A stretch of DNA of 64,000 nucleotides from a virus (lineage: Duplodnaviria > Caudoviricetes). Both the position numbers and the translations under genes were made by a program. Numbering within the stretch: the stretch's first letter is position 1; every line of letters starts with the position of its first letter. The notes below the pieces were generated by a model, which worked only from the letters and a program-made list of their open reading frames with translations, had not been told where the DNA came from and did not search any database. Positions 38,987 to 47,187 of the stretch are shown here, in pieces. The stretch is from the IMG/VR virus record IMGVR_UViG_3300023047_000002. The stretch is one strand, 5' to 3'.

Positions 38987-40177
38987 TCATACACACTCAT
39001 ACGTAAAAGAAGCACAAGGAATTTCCTCAGATAAAACAAAACCCAACCTGCCCATCATACGAAGGCACACCTCACATGCAGGAGAAGTCTTGACGTAAGA
39101 TTCATGCATCTCAGGGTACATAAGGGCGAGCAATGAACGAAGGGAAAATCCCACCTGTGAAAACACACGTTCACGAACAATACAATCACGTCCAACCCAC
39201 ACAGGATATTTGCGGATAGCGGCTTTACGCTTCGAAGGCTGCATACATGTAACATCAGAAAACCATATCTCAGGCATCGTCAATTCTACAGCAAACCTAA
39301 ATGACTCTTCAGACGGATTTCTACGAACGGATGACGAACAAAACCAGGTCATGAACTCATTTAAGAATCTGTCCGTAAATCGAAAGTGGGATACCTTTGG
39401 GAACACACGCATGGTAAGTATCGGATACTTACAACAAACTTTACGGGAAGACAAAAGACGTGCATCGAACCGCAAGCACAGGTATGCACACCCACATTCA
39501 ACGTACATAAACGACTCCCTTTTATAATCACACGGCATAAGGTGTTCTACGAAAGGACTGTAGTCTATTCTTGAAAGAAACTCATCATTAGTATTTACAT
39601 CATTCATCACTTTGAAGTCATACTGACAATCCGACGTACCGGACGAATCACGCGCATACAGCAGAGAGTAAAATGTCGGAGAGAAACATTTAATAATGGA
39701 TTTCATCGTTACGTCTTCATCAGATAAAACCGTACCGTATGACGGATAATCGGCAACAGGAAACTTAACTCTGTTTACAGATGAAGACAGTAGAGAATGC
39801 AAACGCATACCTGCTGTTTCATTGAACTTAACACCAAAAGATGACAGCGTTATGGATGTACGTTGTTTGTGTGCAATGCATAAAGCAGGAACTTCTTCGT
39901 GCCTTACAGGGAACTTCCTTATTCTGTAAGAATGAAGGAGTTCTACGAAATGCTTACGTGCAGAAAGCATACGTTCACATTCACAGGAACAGTAACCTCT
40001 CTTGAAAAGTCTTTTAGGATACCAACCTTCCCTCTTGCACAGGACACAAACACACCGGTACATGCGTTTGGAATCATCACCTATACCATCGGTACGGATG
40101 TCACCGGTGAACCTTAACGTATGCGACATCCTTCCCTTTGGCACATCTGAGTTTCTTTTCATGCTGTCACATGTCAT
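38987..40177 (-). CDS. Cys-rich protein sharing a zinc-binding domain with the adjacent endonuclease
   Basis: SHTLRFTG..CVCVLC..WYPKRLF..CSCECER matches 40174..41946. Confidence 0.6.
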   Translation of the reverse strand: MTCDSMKRNSDVPKGRMSHTLRFTGDIRTDGIGDDSKRMYRCVCVLCKREGWYPKRLFKRGYCSCECERMLSARKHFVELLHSYRIRKFPVRHEEVPALCIAHKQRTSITLSSFGVKFNETAGMRLHSLLSSSVNRVKFPVADYPSYGTVLSDEDVTMKSIIKCFSPTFYSLLYARDSSGTSDCQYDFKVMNDVNTNDEFLSRIDYSPFVEHLMPCDYKRESFMYVECGCAYLCLRFDARLLSSRKVCCKYPILTMRVFPKVSHFRFTDRFLNEFMTWFCSSSVRRNPSEESFRFAVELTMPEIWFSDVTCMQPSKRKAAIRKYPVWVGRDCIVRERVFSQVGFSLRSLLALMYPEMHESYVKTSPACEVCLRMMGRLGFVLSEEIPCASFTYECV

Positions 40178-41946
40178 ACTGTACTCATATCATCGTCATA
40201 GTATTTAATCCACCTAATGTTGCCTGAACGAGTCACACGGAAGTAACCGAGCTTCTCCATGATGTAGATTTCCTTGCTAGATGCCCCGCATGATACAGCC
40301 TCCTCATAAAGTTCAGGATACCTTGCTTTCAATTTCTTTACCTGAACCTGCTCGCGCCTTACGACCGTAGACACTCCCCTTGCCCAATAGTATGGAAAAC
40401 TCACGTCTATACGTTCAAACCCCAAGCTCGCGTACATGCCTCCTGTGAACAAATCGCAGTCGGAGTAAGAAACAACGGAAGAAGGTCTGTATTCGCGCTC
40501 GAACGCACGAAGCAGCCTTGAGGCACCACCGACAACGGAATACCCATGACGAACTGAAAACCGAAGAAGCTCATACTGACCGCCGGTAAAGCGACCGTCC
40601 TTAAATTTCGGAAGACTGAAAGACATCATGCAGAACACCTCAGAGGTACCCTTGTCTGTAAGGGAATAGGTCACAGACACATTCGTCCTCGCATTAAGAC
40701 CCTGCATGTGATTGCATGAGTAGAAAGAAATCGCCTCTTCATGCGTGGCCTTTCTGATATCCAAGCAACGTGCGTACATAACTTTACGTGGAACCAGAAT
40801 ATCGTGCAGAAATGCCTTCCATGCGTCCTTACGTACATTCCAGGATGTCTGGTATATCTGTACAAGACGTATCCCCTTTGACATGCTATCCTTCCATTTC
40901 CTGTAATGGTATCGTCGGTCTGTACGTATCTTTTCTGAATGCCAGTAATCTCCGTTGCATTCTATCGCGAGGTTCATGGAAGGAATAAAGATGTCATACT
41001 CAAGCCCGTTTTCCATAACACTACGTTCATGCCGTCTGACAATTTCGGGTGATACAAGTGACATAACGTAATCAGACACCTCTTCCTCAAACGCACTTGT
41101 ACGACTGCCGCATTCAAGGCATACAGGCACACGATACTCATTGCTTATTATGTCCTTCATCCTCTTTGTGAACGGGTTTCCGCACACAGAACATTTAAGC
41201 GTGACCTCGTCGCTGTACAGATTGATTTCCTTTCTGTCCAGACGAACAAGTTCACTTTCCTTGAACAGAAGAGGACGTACCCATTCAGGGTATTCACGGG
41301 ATGCAACGAACGTCTCCTTATGAAGACATCCGCATGAACGGGTCATCCCGTTAAGCAGGAGTTTCCTTCTTACAGATACAACACTGCCGCAGTCACATAC
41401 GCAGTCATACCATACAGCAGGGTCATCATGTGGAGGATTTTCAGTTCTCTTTATGACTGTTAGCTTCCCGTACTTCGTTCCCTGCAGAAGATCACCACGA
41501 TTATACTTCGGATACTTCATGACACGGTACTTCTTCAGAATCTCTATGAAGTGCCTTCTTCGTTCCATAAGGCGTTCACAGTCACATTTGGCATAACCTA
41601 GTCTGAAAAGACGCTTTGTGTACCATGAGGATTTGCCACATACAGTGCATGTGCAGTAATACTGACGTACCCCTTCCGTCATCGCATTCCCGGTAAAAAC
41701 AAGCGTGTGGCTCGTGCTTCCTTCTGCATCATCAGACATGTCTGGAGACCTGCGTGACCCTTTCTCTCTTTTGCATACCTTGCATTGAGTCACTAACCCG
41801 CGTGTAAGACGGTTGTACTGCACAATATACTCATTTCCGCAGGAACATCGACATACTGCCCTCAATGCGCTCTGCTCACGATTTTCACCAATAACGGTCA
41901 GGTCTCCAAACACCTCACCTACAATGTTTTTAATTACTGTCGGCAT
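40174..41946 (-). CDS. Hef-like/Vsr-DUF559-type homing endonuclease with zinc-ribbon repeats and C-terminal GNAT-like domain
   Basis: G.LTVI..C.C.CG repeats; LEYDIFIP..NLAIECNGDYWHS; YELLRF..GGASRLL..SYSD..G.MY..LGF; adjacent to the capsid gene. Confidence 0.75.
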   Translation of the reverse strand: MPTVIKNIVGEVFGDLTVIGENREQSALRAVCRCSCGNEYIVQYNRLTRGLVTQCKVCKREKGSRRSPDMSDDAEGSTSHTLVFTGNAMTEGVRQYYCTCTVCGKSSWYTKRLFRLGYAKCDCERLMERRRHFIEILKKYRVMKYPKYNRGDLLQGTKYGKLTVIKRTENPPHDDPAVWYDCVCDCGSVVSVRRKLLLNGMTRSCGCLHKETFVASREYPEWVRPLLFKESELVRLDRKEINLYSDEVTLKCSVCGNPFTKRMKDIISNEYRVPVCLECGSRTSAFEEEVSDYVMSLVSPEIVRRHERSVMENGLEYDIFIPSMNLAIECNGDYWHSEKIRTDRRYHYRKWKDSMSKGIRLVQIYQTSWNVRKDAWKAFLHDILVPRKVMYARCLDIRKATHEEAISFYSCNHMQGLNARTNVSVTYSLTDKGTSEVFCMMSFSLPKFKDGRFTGGQYELLRFSVRHGYSVVGGASRLLRAFEREYRPSSVVSYSDCDLFTGGMYASLGFERIDVSFPYYWARGVSTVVRREQVQVKKLKARYPELYEEAVSCGASSKEIYIMEKLGYFRVTRSGNIRWIKYYDDDMSTV

Positions 41947-42094
41947 CTAGTCTCTCCACAAAATAAGCAAAAACACTTGCTACAAAAGGACTTTATATGC
42001 CGGCGCACTGACTGTCAATGGATTATTCATACAGATTTAAACGTGTATAGTACTGAATAATATGTCAGGAACTACTGTAAACCATTGATATTAA

Positions 42095-42130
42095 AAAGAA
42101 AAGGCACTCAAACCGAGTGCCTTTTCTTTT
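42095..42130 (-). terminator. Terminator after the major capsid gene
   Basis: AAAAGAAAAGGCACTC-AAACC-GAGTGCCTTTTCTTTT. Confidence 0.8.
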
Positions 42131-42164
42131 TATCAAATCCCAGTACTAAACAAAAAGTACTGAA

Positions 42165-43622
42165 CTAATAACCCTTGATTTCACCACGAACGAGGAGTTC
42201 AGGACGGAGCATCTTATAAGCCCACATACTGATGAAGCCTGATTCGACAGTGAACGTATTTCTAGTCAACCAGTCTGTATGCATGATCGGTAAGTAGTCT
42301 GCGAGCAGTGCACAACTGTTCTCTAATATACTCTTATGACCAACTAAGTACTCGTTTTCACGAATATAAGGTGAACAAATAATCTTGAGTGAGTTATCAA
42401 GAACACCTGCAACGTAAGGACCGTTAGGATTCTCAACATAGTTCGGTTCGAAACGAGGACGACCAATGTTCATAAGAACGTTGAGACCTTCAATACCGAC
42501 AACCGCCCAGTTACCACGGAATTTGTAGCTCTTCTGGTAAATCTTGTTGGCACATTTCTGAAGCTCACCGCAGAAGCTCTCATCGTGTTCACGCTGTGAA
42601 ATGTAATTCGTGTTGGTGCGATCCCACATTGTGCGGTTACCGGCCTGACGCAGAAGGTTGTCAATAACCTCATTGTCACGTTCCTGTTTCATTTCCATTG
42701 TGCAGTTGTCAATAAGGGTCTTCTGAAGGTCAATACCGAAGCTGTTCTGATACATGTAACCTGCATCGAACGAATACTCAACACGGAGTTTGTGAGGAAG
42801 AGCATGAATCGGTTCGTTTCTCATACGGAACACAGGGCGACCAGCCAAAGAAGGAGCAGAACCCAAATCCTGAGTGTAATCAACGAACACACTTGAGAGT
42901 TTGGAAAAAGCATCATTCTCGGATGCAAACATCACAAGACCGCTGTCCGGATTAACTTCGAGGGTACCGGCCTTGAGAAGGTCACTACCGATAGGATAAC
43001 CCTGAGCGTCCAAAGCACGAAGTTCCCATGTGCTCGTGCCTGTTTTGCGAAGTGCATAACGTTTGCTCGAATCACCTGCATCAGTGAAGATAATCTGATT
43101 GTCAGCATCAATGAGCATAGGCATATGTGCAACATGCAATTCGACTTTTCCGCCCACGATCGTAGCGGGTTCACCACAGATACGACCAGAAGCAAAACGG
43201 TTGCGACTTGTGTGATTGACGGAAACGCCAAGGTCGTTAATCATCACGTTGCCCTGGAGATTGTCACCACGGCTGTCACCATAGGTCATTTCCCAGAAAG
43301 TAATCTGACCCTGAGGACTGTCGATAGGCTGCACCCAAATAAGGTCTTCAATAATCGAGGAAGCACTCATCTTGGCAATCATGTTAATCATGTGTTCGGG
43401 GAACCAAGAAATTCCGGACGGCTGAGAAATACCGCTGCGGATGATTCCTTCGTTCACACGTTTCTGACCCTCTTCAAGAACGCGGGCGGCGTTGTTGAAT
43501 GTCAAAAGAAGGGTGTCTTCCTGTGCCGAGGTAAGTTTACCACGAACATCAGTGACTTTCTTAACGTAGGATTCATAATTGCGTTTGAGAATGTTACGAT
43601 CTTCTTTAGTCAAAACTGCCAT
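42165..43622 (-). CDS. Major capsid protein (T4 gp23-like)
   Basis: VQPIDSPQGQI, HKLRVEYSFD, E...ERDNEVI, GNWAV, GP..AGVL, YLVGHK, YLP motifs; follows the protease gene. Confidence 0.92.
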   Translation of the reverse strand: MAVLTKEDRNILKRNYESYVKKVTDVRGKLTSAQEDTLLLTFNNAARVLEEGQKRVNEGIIRSGISQPSGISWFPEHMINMIAKMSASSIIEDLIWVQPIDSPQGQITFWEMTYGDSRGDNLQGNVMINDLGVSVNHTSRNRFASGRICGEPATIVGGKVELHVAHMPMLIDADNQIIFTDAGDSSKRYALRKTGTSTWELRALDAQGYPIGSDLLKAGTLEVNPDSGLVMFASENDAFSKLSSVFVDYTQDLGSAPSLAGRPVFRMRNEPIHALPHKLRVEYSFDAGYMYQNSFGIDLQKTLIDNCTMEMKQERDNEVIDNLLRQAGNRTMWDRTNTNYISQREHDESFCGELQKCANKIYQKSYKFRGNWAVVGIEGLNVLMNIGRPRFEPNYVENPNGPYVAGVLDNSLKIICSPYIRENEYLVGHKSILENSCALLADYLPIMHTDWLTRNTFTVESGFISMWAYKMLRPELLVRGEIKGY

Positions 43623-43635
43623 AAAAACTCTCCTT

Positions 43636-45165
43636 TCATTTCCCTTTACCGGTAAGGAACACCCCTCGGGCAGGGGCTATTTCGTGAACATCACGCTCAA
43701 AGTTAGATATACTGCGAACACGTCTTTCGTAAGACTTGCCGTTTCCTTTAGTTACTGCATTGTTATCAGCAAGCTCCGTAAGTCGGTCAGCGTCTATTCT
43801 GTATCGTTTCGATAGACGCTGTGTTGTTTCTTGAATGCAATCTTTACCTTCATCAGACATAAGGTCGCTTACGGGCACACGATGACTTTGTTTTTTATTG
43901 TTTACAGCTTCCGTCTTCATCTGTTTATGGTCAAAACGGGTACGTCGAATCTTGCCCGTCGATACCGATTCTACAGCTTCGTCAGTCTTCTTAACTGAAA
44001 CTTTCTGTAAAGAAGACTCACTTACACGTTTTACGATACACTGTGAACGCTTGTAAAGAGAATCAAGTTTACGTGCAAGAGACTCTGCTTTACATGCAAG
44101 CTCTGAATACCGTTCAAGGTAATGTGCCTGATAAATGTCTCTCTCAATACCGGAACGCAAACTTTCGTTACTACGCTTCAAGAACGCTTCATTTGCCTGT
44201 AAAGTTTCAACCTTTTCAGTGAGCGTCTCAATGGTTTCACGATAAGCATCAATATCCTGCTCCATACGGGCAATACGCATACCGTCCGTTTCCTTCTCAG
44301 ACGCGTGAGAGACAGACTCAAAGGCTTTACATGAACCAGAAGCATCCGTAGCTTTATCAGACGAAGACATAATAGCATCAATGCTGAGCTTTTTCGTGTT
44401 ATGGTTTGTTTCATCCTTGCGGTTCAGCGTAAGTGCGTTCACACCATTACTCTTACGGATAACAGAGTTTACTGCATCATCTGTACGTTTTTCAAGTTCC
44501 TGTGCCATATCACGCATACGGCTTTCAAAAGCAGGAATCTTTAATGCGGACAATGCCGCAACATTGCTTCTAAGCTCGCTTGTCGTCATAGACTCAAGCG
44601 ATTTGCTTTCCTGTACCTTTTCAAGGTGTGCGCACTTAAACCCAGGGTCTGGAACTGCATCGAACGTGATTAAGTCGTACTCAGTTTCCGACATCACTTC
44701 CGTATTGCCTTCCATTTTACTTTCTGCAAGAGCACGTGCTGAAATACCGATTTTGCTGCCGTAATCAATAAGCGTTTTAAGAATACGCCCTACCGGCGTG
44801 TCAAGAATAGCGAATCTTCCAAAAACGAGATGGTCGCTGTTCTCTGGGATCCAGATACGTTCCACAGACAAAGCAACCTCAGGGTATGCGATGTCAACAC
44901 GTGTCTCCGGATGTCCACCCTCGCCAAGCATACACTTATTCTTAATGGCCTCTTTGACCGGCGGATAATTGATTATCCTGTCCTCGATCAGCTTTCGGGA
45001 GTAGATGCGGTTGTTTTGGTTGACTTTTCCGAATTCCATGCAAGGCCCTTCCACGATGCATAAAGCATTGGAAGATTTGCCGGAACCCTTCTCGTCAACA
45101 CGCCGCATTTCACTCACGAGCGATTCCGTGACAAGACGTTTTGCTTGTGTTGTCTGTACTGGCAT
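43636..45165 (-). CDS. Prohead core protease (gp21-like, peptidase S77/U9) fused to a coiled-coil scaffold
   Basis: NQNNRIY, LGEGGHP, ILDTPVGRI, GISARA, FDAVPDPGF, then ~320 aa of coiled coil. Confidence 0.92.
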   Translation of the reverse strand: MPVQTTQAKRLVTESLVSEMRRVDEKGSGKSSNALCIVEGPCMEFGKVNQNNRIYSRKLIEDRIINYPPVKEAIKNKCMLGEGGHPETRVDIAYPEVALSVERIWIPENSDHLVFGRFAILDTPVGRILKTLIDYGSKIGISARALAESKMEGNTEVMSETEYDLITFDAVPDPGFKCAHLEKVQESKSLESMTTSELRSNVAALSALKIPAFESRMRDMAQELEKRTDDAVNSVIRKSNGVNALTLNRKDETNHNTKKLSIDAIMSSSDKATDASGSCKAFESVSHASEKETDGMRIARMEQDIDAYRETIETLTEKVETLQANEAFLKRSNESLRSGIERDIYQAHYLERYSELACKAESLARKLDSLYKRSQCIVKRVSESSLQKVSVKKTDEAVESVSTGKIRRTRFDHKQMKTEAVNNKKQSHRVPVSDLMSDEGKDCIQETTQRLSKRYRIDADRLTELADNNAVTKGNGKSYERRVRSISNFERDVHEIAPARGVFLTGKGK

Positions 45166-45269
45166 GGTTCGTCTCCATCTTACATGAACTACCGAAAAGC
45201 ATACAAAGGATTTCGGCTACTTTCTATTCGATAGTATACGCCATAAGGCATCATGTGGTTTGATACTGT

Positions 45270-46619
45270 TCATTTCACCACGGCATCTAACATTTTATTC
45301 AGAAGAGAGGCAACCACTTCTATATAATCCCTCTGCAAGAAGGTGAATGCATAATAGAACGACTTATTATTAACATCGTGGGTGAGATCCAAGAAATTCA
45401 CAGTACTCTGGAAATGAACCTTTCGTACCGACATCGTGACTTTACCTGTCTGATTGAAATCCTTTATTGGAGTGTAATGCGCATAGGACAAAACATTTGA
45501 CCAGCTGAATTCCAAATCAATCGGGTAGGCATAAGACAAGTCTCTGAAATAATGACTGACAGACACCTTGATGTTGCAGGACTTTGCATTAGTAGGATAA
45601 TTATTCTGCTTCAACTGTTCCTCAATCGCATCAGCAAGAGCGTTAGTGGCTCTTTCATGTTCTCTGGACAGGTAATGTTTCTTTGAGGCGTCACGAATCA
45701 GTTTGTCCAGTCTGTCATTAGACCCCTTGATGAACCATGTCTTGAAAGCATCCACGGACATTTTCTCCAATTTGGATACATTGTCGGCTTCTGCATTAAT
45801 CTCCATATAGGTCTTCAGGTATGACCAGAATTCGTCCTGATCATAGGCATCCAATGTTCGTATGACGTTTGGAAGTTTAGTAGAAAAGTCATCAGTTACG
45901 GCCTGTTTACGGAAGTTGGGTACGATATCGTACACCAGGTCATTTACCGCTCCCACCTGCCATGCATTGAACTCCGTATCTACCCATAGGCAGTACAGAA
46001 GGTACAAGGCTTTTGAGAACATCTCCTTGTCCTTGGTATCCTCCAACGGACGCATGTTCTTGGCCTGACCTCTACTCATGTCGTCCTGACGCATCGGCGA
46101 ATCCCCTTCCCAGTGAAGTTCATCAAAGGCATGAACCATCTCATGTTGGAGAGTCTTTAGGGCTTCTCTGTCCACATCATTACCACGGGTGCTGAAGTAG
46201 GCATCGAAATTCGATGTTCGGATTTTCACCACAACATTCTGTGCTGCACAGAACCCTCCTGAGGATATAAGGGTTTCCCATATCAAGAAGTGATTTCTGT
46301 GTTGAAGTGCTGACAGAACATTATCCCAATATTCCTTAATTTCAGCATCGCTGGCCTTTGTATTTTTGCTAGTGATATCGTAATCCGAGAGAAGTACGAA
46401 ACACACGGACACTCTGTTGTAGTTGTTTTTCTTCACACTGTCTGGAACATCATCCACGGATTCTAGGTAGTAAACCGAATCGGCAACCCAACATCCGTCA
46501 GAAGGGTGTTTGTCTTCACGATATAAATTTTCCAAGGCGGCTTTAGCAGAATAGTACAAGGCCTTCAACCCAGACAAGTCATACTGAATACCGAACTTTT
46601 CCGATACGAATCTCAACAT
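45270..46619 (-). CDS. HEXXH zinc-peptidase-like protein
   Basis: TLQHEMVHAFD ... TEFNAW. Confidence 0.6.
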   Translation of the reverse strand: MLRFVSEKFGIQYDLSGLKALYYSAKAALENLYREDKHPSDGCWVADSVYYLESVDDVPDSVKKNNYNRVSVCFVLLSDYDITSKNTKASDAEIKEYWDNVLSALQHRNHFLIWETLISSGGFCAAQNVVVKIRTSNFDAYFSTRGNDVDREALKTLQHEMVHAFDELHWEGDSPMRQDDMSRGQAKNMRPLEDTKDKEMFSKALYLLYCLWVDTEFNAWQVGAVNDLVYDIVPNFRKQAVTDDFSTKLPNVIRTLDAYDQDEFWSYLKTYMEINAEADNVSKLEKMSVDAFKTWFIKGSNDRLDKLIRDASKKHYLSREHERATNALADAIEEQLKQNNYPTNAKSCNIKVSVSHYFRDLSYAYPIDLEFSWSNVLSYAHYTPIKDFNQTGKVTMSVRKVHFQSTVNFLDLTHDVNNKSFYYAFTFLQRDYIEVVASLLNKMLDAVVK

Positions 46620-46710
46620 AGAACATCTCTCCTACGACATTCCATACAAAACAAATACAACGGAATTAGATAATTTGAAAATTTCTGACGTGCATACAGA
46701 CCTAAAAACG

Positions 46711-46751
46711 TGGTGCTGATACGAGGAACAGATGCACACTCATGTTACAGT
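46711..46751 (+). promoter_or_regulatory. TGGTGCTG-box promoter upstream of 46785
   Basis: TGGTGCTG, 27 nt, then TG-t-TACAGT. Confidence 0.7.
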
Positions 46752-46784
46752 AGAGTCGCTTTCTTAACATACATGGAGGTGAGC

Positions 46785-47051
46785 ATGATAGACATAAAAG
46801 ACAAAATTGAATTTAACTTTCCATTCGCAACAAAAGTAAAAGGCAAAATGCACGATTACGAACCGATGACCGACAAGCAAGAAAGATACATCCGGGACAT
46901 CTGCAACTATATGGACATGGAGTTTCCTGAAGTAACCACAAAGGAAGAAGCATGTAAATGGCTTGAAGAAAATGTGCCAAGGTTCCACGCGGAGATTGCG
47001 TCAGATGAAGCACACATGCTGCACTTATACGAGAACTATGGCGACAGATAG
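46785..47051 (+). CDS. 88-aa protein, paralog of 49884..50153
   Basis: GGAGGTG RBS; NFPF..YEPMTDKQERYI..IC..TKEEAC.WL..DEAHM..GDR. Confidence 0.8.
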   Translation: MIDIKDKIEFNFPFATKVKGKMHDYEPMTDKQERYIRDICNYMDMEFPEVTTKEEACKWLEENVPRFHAEIASDEAHMLHLYENYGDR

Positions 47052-47052
47052 T

Positions 47053-47105
47053 TGAACTAACCAACCTCCTAAAGTCGTGTTGGCTTCAAACTTCAACGAA
47101 CAAGA
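47053..47105 (-). repeat. Degenerate IS605-like right end/omegaRNA 3' part
   Basis: TCTTGTTCGTTGAAGTTTGAAGCCAACACGACTTTAGGAGGTTGGTTAGTTCAA resembles 56902-56954. Confidence 0.65.
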
Positions 47106-47187
47106 TAATGAACACACGTATGCCTAGTTTCTGTTACATAAAGCATACGAAAAGCAAAACAGTACTAATATTTGAGAGAGTTGAATC

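Noticed and set aside
45185-45193. TGAACTACC upstream of the protease as another IS end
   Set aside because: Only 9 nt match and the canonical hairpin is absent
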